A DNA stretch of 64,000 bases from an uncultured Holophagales bacterium (GTDB taxonomy: Bacteria; Acidobacteriota; Thermoanaerobaculia; Multivoradales; UBA5704): contig CAWJGT010000003.1 in assembly GCA_963842525.1 (NCBI GenBank), positions 800,001-864,000 on the forward strand. Direction: 5' to 3'. Positions 10,830-19,782 of the stretch are shown here, piece after piece. The notes under the pieces were generated by a model. It did no database searches. It had not been told where the DNA came from and saw only the letters and a list, made by a program, of their open reading frames with translations. Numbering within the stretch: position 1 is the stretch's first letter; the number at the start of each line of letters is the position of its first letter. Made by a program: the position numbers and the translations under genes.

Positions 10830-11060
10830 GCTTGAGGGCGGCCCGGTCGGCCTCAGGGTCCCGAAGGTGGCCCTCAGACGCGAGCACATGGCCTTCAGGG
10901 GCCAATACCATGCTCCTGGAGGCGAAGCCGACGCCCTCAGAGGCAAGCAAATGGCCCTCAAGGGCAGACCCCTCGCCCTCAGGGGCGAACGCCTCGCCCC
11001 TGAAGGCGAGCGCGTTGACCCCAGGGGCGGGCAGGTGGACCTCAGGGGCGGTTTGGAGAT
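10830..11060. repeat. Degenerate 21-bp tandem array (about 11 units)
   Basis: A CCTCAGGGGC-like core recurs at 10851, 10872, 10893, 10914, 10935, 10956, 10977, 10998, 11019 and 11040. Confidence 0.8.
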
Positions 11061-11118
11061 GTCTGGGGGCGGCCGCCTGGACCCAACACAGTGCGGACAA
11101 GACCGGAGCCGGCGAGAA

Positions 11119-11168
11119 AGCCCGGCGATGAATCGCCGGGCTGGCAACAGCGCCCCATGAATGGGGCT
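11119..11168. repeat. REP-like double hairpin
   Basis: AGCCCGGCGATGAATCGCCGGGCT followed by GCCCCATGAATGGGGC. Confidence 0.6.
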
Positions 11169-11202
11169 TGAAGCCGGGGAGTTGAGGCGCTTTTCCCTTC
11201 GA

Positions 11203-11229
11203 GTGAGATAATGGGGCTCCCGGCAACAG
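11203..11229 (+). promoter_or_regulatory. Candidate ECF promoter, copy 1 (GTGAGATA-N13-CAACAG)
   Basis: The same bipartite motif and spacing occur at 15211 and 17397. Confidence 0.6.
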
Positions 11230-11314
11230 CTCCCCGATGACTTTTTTGGCGAGAAATTTCGCCGTATCCCGCGGCGAAACACGACATTCGAAGCGATCGG
11301 AAAGGAGGACAAAA

Positions 11315-11786
11315 ATGAACGTTAATCAATTGAAGCGTAACCAGGGTTGGAGGATCGACGCCATCAGTCCGACCGACGTCCACCCGGACGACATAGGGAG
11401 GCTGCATACAGAGATTACACTCATCTTCGAGAAGTCCCGCCGGTTCCAGTTATGGGACTATAAGGGTCAGCAGCCAATGGCATGGGGCCTCCTGGCAGCT
11501 CGTCGGGTGGCAACAAGAGCAAGCCGTGGTCGAAGGGACGCTCCGCAACAGCCAGACTTTCGTGATCACGTTGCCGGAGGCCTCGGACACAACTGAGCTG
11601 CAAGGTCTTCCAAGCCTCAGAGCTGGCCCCCACTCCCGGCCCCGCTTTCACCAGGCCCGAGAAGGGCTCGCGGAAGAGGAGGCCGCGAAGGGGCGAGGCC
11701 GACTTGCTCCCCCGGAGGCAGGTTCCTGGACTGCGCTCGAAGGAGGCGGAACACCGATCCGGCCTCCGCGGGGCGGGTCGGAGTAG
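11315..11786 (+). CDS. Small protein paralogous to 15285..15701 (frameshifted reading or pseudogene)
   Basis: AGGAGG RBS. Joined frames read MNVNQLKRNQGWRI...LIFE / ...TFVITL... / LSCKVF...RKRRPRRG / PEAGSWTALEGG, collinear with the 15285 protein. Confidence 0.6.
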
Positions 11787-11876
11787 CGCTGCCAATCGCT
11801 TCTCCCGCGCCATAAAGGAAATACTTTATAGTAGGGCCTCCGGCGGCAGATTTTCAGGTCCGGAACGGAGGTTTCG

Positions 11877-14800
11877 ATGAGGCGCGGCTTCCTGGCCCTA
11901 CTCCTGGTCGTTGGGCTGTTCTCCGGTGCGTCCGCCGTTCCGGGCGGTGCCGGGGAGGACGCTGAGGCCCTCCTCCCCGGCGACATCCGCGAGCGCTCGA
12001 TCGCGGCGGGGAAGGCCGATGCCTACCGAGTCGAAGTCGAGGATGCCCCCATCCTCATCGTTGTCGAGCAGCGCGGCATCGATCTCGTGGTGGAGGTCCT
12101 GGGGCCGGGCGAGCAGGGCTCGCGCGCGGTCGATGCCAGCAGCCGTTGGGGACGCGAGGTCGTTCTGCTGCCGGCCGATGCCGTGGGCCGGCACCGGATC
12201 GAGGTGCGCCCGCTGACGCAGGGTGTACCGCCAGGGCGGTACGTGATGTCCGTCGAGCTGCCGGAGGCCGAGGCGGATGGCGCGCGGCGTCTCGCGGCCG
12301 CATCGGCGATGAGCCGCGCCGGCCAGCTTGCTACGACAGGGAAATCCGAGGCGCTACGCCAGGCCACGGAGGTCTATCGGGAGGCCGTGGAGGGATGGCG
12401 GGCCCTGGGCGAGCGTGTCTGGGAGGCCGAGGCGCTGCATGCCATGGCCTTGACGGAACGGCAGCATGGCGAGCTGCGGGACGCCGCCGACGATTTTGCC
12501 CGCGCCCTGGCACTCTGGCGGGAGCTCGGCGAGAGACGGCGCGAAGCGTCTGCGCTGAACGGCCTCGGGAGGACCCATCTGGGCATCGGGGAGCTCGACG
12601 CCGCGCGTCGAGCCTTCGAGGGCGCGCACGCCCTCTATCACGATCTCGGAGAGCGCTTCGATGAAGGAGAAGCCCGCATCAACCTCTGCCTCGTCGAGCA
12701 GACCGTCGGCGCCGTGCCGGAGGCGCTCGGCTGCTATGAAGAGGTGCGATCGTTGTTCCACGAGCTCGGTGACCAGAGCCAGGAGGCGAGGATCCTCAAC
12801 AGCCTCGGCGGCATCTACAACGACCTGGGACAGCCCGACGCTGCGCTGGACCACTACGGTAAGGCCCTCACCCGGTGGCAGGAGGCCGGCGATCGCCTCG
12901 AAGAGGCCAGGACTCTCAACAACATCGCCGTGGTCTACCGCGCCCTGGGCGAGTGGCAGGAGGCGCTGCGCCTCTACGGACAGGCGCGGGACGTCCTGGC
13001 GCCGCTCGGCGACCGCATCCAGGAGGCGGCTCTGCTCAACAACATCGGCTACACCTACAACAGCCTGGGGGAGCCGCAACGGGCCCTGGTCCTGCTGCAG
13101 GAGGTCCTGCAGCTACGTAAAGAGACGCAGGACCGCCGGGGCGAGCTGATCTGCCTGAACAACATCGGCCTCACCCAGCGCAGCCTCGGCGACCTGGACA
13201 GTGCGCTCGCATACCACCGGCAGGCCCTTGCGCTGGCCACGGAGCTCGACGATCCGCGGCAGGAGGCGGTCACCCGTCTGCTCCTGGCAGAGGTCCTGCT
13301 GGATCGGGCCGATTCAGCCGCCGCGTTGCGCGAGCTCGACAGCGCCCAAACGCTTCTGGCAGAGACGGAGAGCCGCCGTGGCGCGGCCATGGCCCTCCAC
13401 CTGCGCGGCCGTGTGCTCGCCCTCGCGGGCAAGCCGGAGGAAGCCCTGCCAATCCTGCAGGACACCCTGGCCCGGCGGCGGGCCTTGCGCGACCGCGCCG
13501 GGGAGGTCGAGACCCTGCACGCGCTGGCCGCCGTGGAGCGGACTCTCGGCCGCCGGGACGAGGCGCGCTCCCATGCCGAGGAGGCGATAGCCCGGGTTGA
13601 GGAGATGCGGACCGGCTTCGTCAGCCCGGGCCTGCGGGCGGCATTCCTGGCGACGCAACGCCGCGCCTATGCGCTGCTGATCGACCTGCTCATGGACCGG
13701 CATACCGCTGATCCGAAGAAGGGCTACGGCCGGGAAGCCTTTGCCGTGAGCGAGCAGGCCCGCGCGCGCAGCCTGCTCGACGCCCTGTGGTCCGGGAATG
13801 CCTTCCACGCCGGAGGAGCGGTCCCCGCCGAGTTGCTCGAGCAGCGGCGGTCTCTGCGCTATCGCCTGGGAGTCAAGACAGAGCAGCAACTGCGGCAGAT
13901 CAATCCGGGAAGCGAAAAGGCCGAGGCATTGGAGCGGGAGATCGAGGCGCTGCTCACCAGGCTCGACAGCGTGGAGGCCGAAATCCACCGTCTCGCGCCG
14001 CGTGAGGCCGCCCTGGCCCAGCCGCCCACCCTCGGCGTCCAGGAGATTGCAGGGCTGCTCGATCCAGGTACCCTCCTGCTGGAGTACTCGCTCGGCAAGG
14101 AGCGGAGCTACCTCTGGGCGGTCGGAGCCGACCGCTCCTTTCACAGCTTCGTCCTCCCTGCCCAGCGCGAGATCGAGGACCTGGGACGCCGCGTCTACGA
14201 GGACCTGCGCACGGTCGAAGCCGGAGCGGCCGGCGGATCGGACGCGGCGGAGTCCCTGGCACGCATCCTCCTGGAGCCTGTCTGGAGCGAGGCGGCGCGC
14301 AGCCAGCGCCTGGTCGTGGTGCCCGATGCGGCGCTCCATGTCCTGCCGTTCAGCGCTCTGCCGGTCCCCAGGCCCGGCCAGGGTTGGAAAGCCAGCGGCT
14401 CTCGCGAGCCCCTCCTGGACCAGCAGGAGGTGGTCTATCTCCCCTCTGCGGCGACACTGGCGGTGGAGCGGCAGCGGCTGGCGCAACGTCCTGTAGCGCC
14501 GAAAGGAGTGGCGGTGCTTGCCGATCCGATCTTCGCCGCGGACGATCCGCGCTTGGCCGGCACCTCTGTGGCCAGCCGGCAGGCATCTGTCCACAGAGAT
14601 GGGCAACAAGTCTTCGAGCGCCTGCCGTCCAGCCGCGAGGAGGCGAAGGCGATCGCGGGCCTGGCCCCTGCCGGCGGGGTATGGACCGCCCTCGACCTCA
14701 AGGCCAATCGGGACGCGGTGTTGTCCGGCGAGCTGCGCGCCTACCGCGTCGTCCACTTCGCTACCCATGCCATCGCCGATACCCGCAATCCGGAGCGGTC

Positions 14801-15194
14801 CGGCCTCGTGCTCTCGCTCGTCGACGCGGCCGGCCGCCCCCGGGAAGGGTTTCTCGGTCTGCCCGACATCTACGAGCTCGATCTCGGAGCCGACCTGGTG
14901 GTCCTGTCCGGCTGCCAGACCGCGCTCGGCAAGGAAGTCCGCGGCGAGGGGCTCATGGGGCTCACGCGCGGCTTCCTGTACGCCGGCGTGCCGCGGGTCG
15001 TGGCGAGCCTGTGGCGGGTGCAGGATCGGACCACGGCGGACCTGATGTCCCGCTTCTACGAGCGCTTGTGGCGCGGCGGCCTCAGCCCCGCGGCAGCCCT
15101 GCGTGAAGCCCAGCGCTCACTGCGCCGCAGCAATCCGCGCTATCGCGATCCCTACGCCTGGGCCGGCTTCGTCCTCCAGGGCGACTGGCGCTGA
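11877..15194 (+). CDS. Exported TPR + CHAT (caspase-like) domain protein
   Basis: Signal peptide, PPC-like N-domain (EQRGIDLVVEV), many TPRs (EARTLNNIAVVY), catalytic HFATHA and LSGCQT, C-terminal WAGFVLQGDWR. Confidence 0.92.
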   Translation: MRRGFLALLLVVGLFSGASAVPGGAGEDAEALLPGDIRERSIAAGKADAYRVEVEDAPILIVVEQRGIDLVVEVLGPGEQGSRAVDASSRWGREVVLLPADAVGRHRIEVRPLTQGVPPGRYVMSVELPEAEADGARRLAAASAMSRAGQLATTGKSEALRQATEVYREAVEGWRALGERVWEAEALHAMALTERQHGELRDAADDFARALALWRELGERRREASALNGLGRTHLGIGELDAARRAFEGAHALYHDLGERFDEGEARINLCLVEQTVGAVPEALGCYEEVRSLFHELGDQSQEARILNSLGGIYNDLGQPDAALDHYGKALTRWQEAGDRLEEARTLNNIAVVYRALGEWQEALRLYGQARDVLAPLGDRIQEAALLNNIGYTYNSLGEPQRALVLLQEVLQLRKETQDRRGELICLNNIGLTQRSLGDLDSALAYHRQALALATELDDPRQEAVTRLLLAEVLLDRADSAAALRELDSAQTLLAETESRRGAAMALHLRGRVLALAGKPEEALPILQDTLARRRALRDRAGEVETLHALAAVERTLGRRDEARSHAEEAIARVEEMRTGFVSPGLRAAFLATQRRAYALLIDLLMDRHTADPKKGYGREAFAVSEQARARSLLDALWSGNAFHAGGAVPAELLEQRRSLRYRLGVKTEQQLRQINPGSEKAEALEREIEALLTRLDSVEAEIHRLAPREAALAQPPTLGVQEIAGLLDPGTLLLEYSLGKERSYLWAVGADRSFHSFVLPAQREIEDLGRRVYEDLRTVEAGAAGGSDAAESLARILLEPVWSEAARSQRLVVVPDAALHVLPFSALPVPRPGQGWKASGSREPLLDQQEVVYLPSAATLAVERQRLAQRPVAPKGVAVLADPIFAADDPRLAGTSVASRQASVHRDGQQVFERLPSSREEAKAIAGLAPAGGVWTALDLKANRDAVLSGELRAYRVVHFATHAIADTRNPERSGLVLSLVDAAGRPREGFLGLPDIYELDLGADLVVLSGCQTALGKEVRGEGLMGLTRGFLYAGVPRVVASLWRVQDRTTADLMSRFYERLWRGGLSPAAALREAQRSLRRSNPRYRDPYAWAGFVLQGDWR

Positions 15195-15210
15195 AGCCCC
15201 GCCAGCTCCG

Positions 15211-15237
15211 GTGAGATATCTGTCGGCCTCCCGACAG
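15211..15237 (+). promoter_or_regulatory. Candidate ECF promoter, copy 2 (GTGAGATA-N13-CGACAG)
   Basis: Lies between the CHAT stop and the 138-aa small-protein gene. Confidence 0.6.
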
Positions 15238-15284
15238 TAGAAAGGAGAACGTCATCCGGACGCAGACCGGAGGAGGGGGACGAT

Positions 15285-15701
15285 ATGGCACTGACAGACT
15301 GGACAAGGACCAAGGGCTGGGACATCAGCTCAAGCCCCGCTCCCAGCGGGGATCCGGGAACAGGGGTATCCAGCGGCACGCACCTTAAATTCGAAGACGC
15401 GGGCGGCGGTACGCAACTGAGGGTCCAGGTCTCCGGCACCGAATGGTCTGGTGTGATTGGGAACTACGACGGAATAGATACCCTTACGGGGGACCTTGGC
15501 AAGCGGACGTTCACGATCGTCCACAATTCCGCCACCAAGAAGTTGGCTTGTACGATCGATCCTGGCTTTTCCCCCCGCTCGCCTCTACTCGGCTTCGGCT
15601 TCAACCGGCTCAAGAAGCGCTCGAAGAAGAGAAAGGATCCGCGCGGAGGTCACGAGGGGCCTAGCGATGCCGGCTCCTGGACGGCGATCGAGGGCGGATG
15701 A
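15285..15701 (+). CDS. Small hypothetical protein ending in AGSWTAIEGG
   Basis: GGAGG RBS; beta-rich N-part, basic patch KKRSKKRK, and a tail motif shared with 11315..11786. Confidence 0.75.
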   Translation: MALTDWTRTKGWDISSSPAPSGDPGTGVSSGTHLKFEDAGGGTQLRVQVSGTEWSGVIGNYDGIDTLTGDLGKRTFTIVHNSATKKLACTIDPGFSPRSPLLGFGFNRLKKRSKKRKDPRGGHEGPSDAGSWTAIEGG

Positions 15702-15812
15702 GCGGCTCGGGGGATCGCTCCTGGCTCTCGCGGTATGATGCTCGGCGTTCTCGGTACACTTCCGGCACGGCCCTTCCGGCCGGTCTGCCAACGCCGAGGC
15801 GCGGCGGGCGCC

Positions 15813-16429
15813 ATGAGCATGGATACGGGACCACAGCCGGACGAGGCGGAGGTCGCGACCGACCTGGTCCGGCGGATTGCGGCCGGCGACACGGTCGCCG
15901 AGGGGCAGCTCGTCGAGCGCTACAGCCGAGGCATCCTCTACCTGCTGCGCCGCCTGGGTGCGCCTCCGGAAGCTCGCCGACGACCTTCACCAGGAAACCT
16001 TTCGCGTCGTGCTGGAGCGGCTGCGACGGAAGGGCCTCGACGAGCCGGCCGGGCTGGCTGGCTTCCTCCGCGGTACGGCGCGCAACCTGATGGTCGCCGA
16101 CCGGCGCAAGGCCGCCCGCCGCAAGACCGAAGCGGACCCCGACGGGCTGGAGCAGGCCGTTCACCCGGGGCCGGGCCAGCTCTCCTCGGTCCTCCACGAC
16201 GAGGAGGCCGAGATCGTGCGGCGGCTCATCGGAGAAGCTCCCGACGGACCGCGACCGGCAGGTGCTGCTGCGCTTCTACGTCGCCGAAGAGGAAAAGGAA
16301 AGCATATGCGCCGATCTGGGTCTGGACAGCCTGCACTTCAACCGTGTCCTCTTCCGGGCCCGCCAGCGCTTCAAAGACCTTCTGGAGCGCTTCCAGGCGC
16401 GCCAAGGGATGGAACCTCGAATGTCTTGA
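15813..16429 (+). CDS. ECF sigma factor (frameshifts near 15970 and 16235)
   Basis: LVRRIAAGD...LVERYS / ADDLHQETFRVVLERLR...FLRGTARNL / LPTDRDRQVLLRFY...VLFRARQRF. Confidence 0.85.
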
Positions 16430-16453
16430 AATCTGCAGGAGCAAGGCTACGCC

Positions 16454-17326
16454 ATGAACCACACCTATATCGAAGAAAATCAGGTCGTCGACCGCTACGT
16501 GATGGGCACGCTCCCCGCGGAGGAGGCCGACGACTTTGAAGATCACTATCTCTCTTGCCAGGAATGCCTCGACCGGCTCGATCTCGCCGAGTCGGAGGAA
16601 CGGGGCTTCAAGCGCATGGCGCGACAGGAGGTGGAGAAGGTCTCCGCTGTGCGGCAGCTCGCCCTCGTGGCCTGGCTCGCCCGCCTGAGCCGGTCCCGCC
16701 AGATGGCGGCCCTCCTGATGGTGCTGTTCGTCGTCGCCGTCCTGCCGGGGACTCTCGCGCTGCGCGAGATCCGGGAACGCGACCTGGACCTGGAGCAGAC
16801 GCGCTCGGCCCTGGCGCAGGAGCAGGAGCGGTCAGCCGCAGGCTCCCGGACCGCCGCGGACGCTGAGAAGCTGCGCCAGGATCTCGTTGCGAGGGACCGC
16901 GAGCTCGACAGCGAGCGGCAGGCCCGCGCCCAGGCGGAGGAAGAGCGCGACGCGGCCAGCCAGCCCCAGGGCAACGTCCCCATCCTGTTCCTCGATGCGG
17001 AGCGCAGCGCAGGGCCTTCCGCGGGCGAGCCCACCCAGCAGGTGCCCCTGCCGCAGTCCCCAGGCGGGATCGTCTTCGACCTGGCGATCGACGCGGAGCG
17101 ACATCCGTCCTACCGAGCCATCCTGCGCGACCCCCAGGGACGGGAGGTCTGGCGGGGCGGCGGCCTCCAACTGATGGGCGACACTGGAAGCCCGAGTCTG
17201 AGCCTCAGCCTCCCGTCAAGGCTGTTCGCGCCCGGCGCCTACACCCTCGTCGTCGAAGGGCTTACCCCCGGCCGCAAGCCGGCCGCCGCAGGCCGCTTCA
17301 CCTTCCTCGTCCTGCCCGCCCGCTGA
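16454..17326 (+). CDS. zf-HC2 anti-sigma factor with TM helix, coiled coil and extracytoplasmic domain
   Basis: FEDHYLSCQEC (HxxxCxxC), hydrophobic TM segment and Ig-like C-domain; directly after the ECF sigma. Confidence 0.8.
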   Translation: MNHTYIEENQVVDRYVMGTLPAEEADDFEDHYLSCQECLDRLDLAESEERGFKRMARQEVEKVSAVRQLALVAWLARLSRSRQMAALLMVLFVVAVLPGTLALREIRERDLDLEQTRSALAQEQERSAAGSRTAADAEKLRQDLVARDRELDSERQARAQAEEERDAASQPQGNVPILFLDAERSAGPSAGEPTQQVPLPQSPGGIVFDLAIDAERHPSYRAILRDPQGREVWRGGGLQLMGDTGSPSLSLSLPSRLFAPGAYTLVVEGLTPGRKPAAAGRFTFLVLPAR

Positions 17327-17396
17327 AGCCCCGGCCCCGCCGGCAGTTCCACGAAATCCTTTCGAATCCCCTGAGCCGCGAACGATCTCATTCCGT

Positions 17397-17423
17397 GTGA
17401 GATAGCGAAGCCTCTGGCAACAG
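17397..17423 (+). promoter_or_regulatory. Candidate ECF promoter, copy 3 (GTGAGATA-N13-CAACAG)
   Basis: Both boxes match copy 1 exactly; upstream of the second ECF sigma gene. Confidence 0.55.
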
Positions 17424-17541
17424 CTATCCATCGAGATCCAGACCGGCGCACCCCCACTCCTCGTCTGCCGGGAGCAATACGAGAAGCTTTTACACGGCTG
17501 AGGTGGCGGAGAAGCGCGATGCCTTGCCATATAGTTGAGAG

Positions 17542-18264
17542 ATGGCATTCCCTCCCACCCGCCGGTCCGTGGTGCTGGCGGCGCGCGATGCCGACCCGGA
17601 GGTCCGGCGGCAGGCTTTCGGGACGCTCGCCGAGAGCTACTGGAAGCCGGTCTACAAGTACCTCCGCATGAAGTGGCGGACGGACGGCGAGGAGGCCCGC
17701 GACCTGACGCAGGCGTTCTTCGTCCAGGCCCTCGAAAAAGGGACGTTCGACCGCTACGACCCGGACAAGTCTCGTTTCCGGACCTATCTGCGCATCTGCC
17801 TGGACGGCTTCGCATCCAACGAGCGCAAGACTGCCCGCCGCCTCAAGCGAGGCGGGGGAGCCGTCCCCTTGTCCCTCGACTTCGAGGGCGCCGAGGCCGA
17901 GCTTGCGCGGCAGAGCGCTGCCGAGGATCTCGGCCCCGAGGAGTACTTCCACCGCGAGTGGGTGCGCGCGCTTTTCGGCCTGGCGGTCGACGAGCTCCGC
18001 CGGCGGTGCGAGGCCTCGGGCCGGAGCGTCCACTTCGCTCTGTTCGAGCGGTATGACCTGGAGGGAAACGAAGGAGCGGAGCGGCCGACCTACGCCGAGC
18101 TCGCGGCCGAGCACGGCCTCACTGCGACCCAGGTCACGAACTGGCTCTTCGCGGTACGGCGGGACCTGCGCAAGATCGTGCTCGACAAGCTGCGCGAGCT
18201 GACCGGAAGCGAGTCCGAGCTGCGGACCGAGGCCCGCGACGTCCTCGGGATCGAGCTGCCGTGA
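17542..18264 (+). CDS. ECF sigma factor, Ser/Thr-kinase-associated type
   Basis: FPPTRRSVV...YWKPVYKYLR...ARDLTQAFF...RFRTYL...KRGGG...YAELAAEHG. Confidence 0.85.
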   Translation: MAFPPTRRSVVLAARDADPEVRRQAFGTLAESYWKPVYKYLRMKWRTDGEEARDLTQAFFVQALEKGTFDRYDPDKSRFRTYLRICLDGFASNERKTARRLKRGGGAVPLSLDFEGAEAELARQSAAEDLGPEEYFHREWVRALFGLAVDELRRRCEASGRSVHFALFERYDLEGNEGAERPTYAELAAEHGLTATQVTNWLFAVRRDLRKIVLDKLRELTGSESELRTEARDVLGIELP

Positions 18265-18288
18265 GGTGGATCGGAGCGTCTCCTGGCC

Positions 18289-19656
18289 TCAACCCTGCGT
18301 GGGCTTGAGGTGTTTCAGCGGAGAGTCGGCGAGCAGGGTTTCGAGCTTTCCGATCTGCTCCTGGGTCGAATCCTTCATCCACGGCTCGAGAGCCGCCGCG
18401 TATGCCTCTTCCAGGGCTGATTGTCCGCGTGCCTCATCACCAAGGCCCAGATAGGCTTCGGCCCTCGTCGCCAGCACCCAATACCTGTCGGCGCCTTGCG
18501 GGGCTTGATCGGACTCCAGCCATCGTTCGCAGATGGTGAGGACCTCCTGGCGCACACGGCGTGCCTGCACGAAATCGGCGATCGCTTCCGCCGGGTCGGT
18601 GGCATGCGCGGCCCTGACGTTGAGCAGGTAGGCGAAGTTGATCCCATTGTAATGATCGTTGCGCAGGTAGAAGCCGCGCTCATAGCCGCGTATGGCTTCG
18701 TCGATGTTCATGCTGTCCTTCGTCAGATCCCAGAGCCGCTTGTGCACCGAGCCCCAGAGACCGAGCGTTTCGGTGTCATTGGACGTCTCGGGATTCAGGG
18801 TGGCGAGCAGCTCGCGTGCTTCCTTGAGCGCCGCCTCTTCGGAGGGGTACTTGCTCTTATAGGTGATGAGGGCGAGGCGCTGGATGATGTAGGGGTCCTC
18901 GGTCCTTCCGGGTGCCTCGGTCTTCATCATGCCGCGAATGAAGGCAAGGAAGTTCTTCGCTGCGATGAAGTCGCCTTTCTTCTGCGCCTCGTCCACCTGC
19001 TGCATCAGGAGGCTGTGGGTCGCCTTGGCCTCTGGGGCCGGGCCGCCATCCTGTGCGGAACGTCCCTCCGGCCCCTTATCGGACTTTGCCACCGCCGCGG
19101 CGACAACCTGCGCGGCGGCTGCGAGGATCGGAGGGGTGAGACGGCTCAGGAACGTGTAGACGGGGCTGTCTTTCTTGGCTTCGGGATCCTTCTTCAGGAT
19201 CTCGACGATGGCCTCGGTGAGGAGCTGACGGAACCGCATCACCTCGTCGAAACCGATGTCCTCTCCCAGATGGTGATACTGCCGGACTGCGACGTGATTG
19301 ACGTCAAAGGGGAAGGTTTTGATGCCATCCTCGGCGATGACGACCGTGGTGTACGGGCGCAGCGCATGGCGCACGCCGAGCTCGTAGAACGCGTTCTTGT
19401 TCGACGTCGAAAGGTCGGCGACGACGACGTCCGCGTTCAGGAGCTGCTCGTACATCGGCACGTCGATCAGGCCGGAATGCACGATCTCGTCGGCGCGGAT
19501 ACATTTCAATCCCGCAGCTTCGACGGCCGGCTTGATCATGTTCTTGTAGGATCTGTCGAGATCGAGGGTACGACCGGTCTCGAAGTCCGTCTTCTTGCCG
19601 AATCCCATCACGACGAAGCATGTTCCGGTGGTATTCTCGGGGGTTCCGCTAGGCAT
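18289..19656 (-). CDS. DUF4071 / MAP3K TRAF-binding-like protein (NDT-like N-domain + TPRs)
   Basis: CFVVMGFGKK, RADEI, ADLSTSNKNAFYELGVRHAL, ETLGLWGSVHKR, YNGINFA, YWVLATRAEA. Confidence 0.75.
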   Translation of the reverse strand: MPSGTPENTTGTCFVVMGFGKKTDFETGRTLDLDRSYKNMIKPAVEAAGLKCIRADEIVHSGLIDVPMYEQLLNADVVVADLSTSNKNAFYELGVRHALRPYTTVVIAEDGIKTFPFDVNHVAVRQYHHLGEDIGFDEVMRFRQLLTEAIVEILKKDPEAKKDSPVYTFLSRLTPPILAAAAQVVAAAVAKSDKGPEGRSAQDGGPAPEAKATHSLLMQQVDEAQKKGDFIAAKNFLAFIRGMMKTEAPGRTEDPYIIQRLALITYKSKYPSEEAALKEARELLATLNPETSNDTETLGLWGSVHKRLWDLTKDSMNIDEAIRGYERGFYLRNDHYNGINFAYLLNVRAAHATDPAEAIADFVQARRVRQEVLTICERWLESDQAPQGADRYWVLATRAEAYLGLGDEARGQSALEEAYAAALEPWMKDSTQEQIGKLETLLADSPLKHLKPTQG

Positions 19657-19782
19657 CTCTATGTCCCTTCCAGGTCGTGACGGTGAGCGCCGCGAGCGTG
19701 TTCCCTCATTCTACAGCGTAGCTGGCCCGCCAGGAAGGCCGCCCGGCCAGGACGGGCCGCTTCTCACCGTATAGTCGAGGGC

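Noticed and set aside
10681-11226. 315-aa version of the 10279 gene
   Set aside because: A strong RBS sits at the internal ATG and the extension crosses a REP hairpin; kept only as an alternative in the 21-bp array finding.
8875-15194. CRISPR array plus CHAT protease as a type III-E (Craspase) locus
   Set aside because: There is no Cas7-11 or other cas gene, the CHAT protein has a signal peptide, and unrelated genes lie between them.
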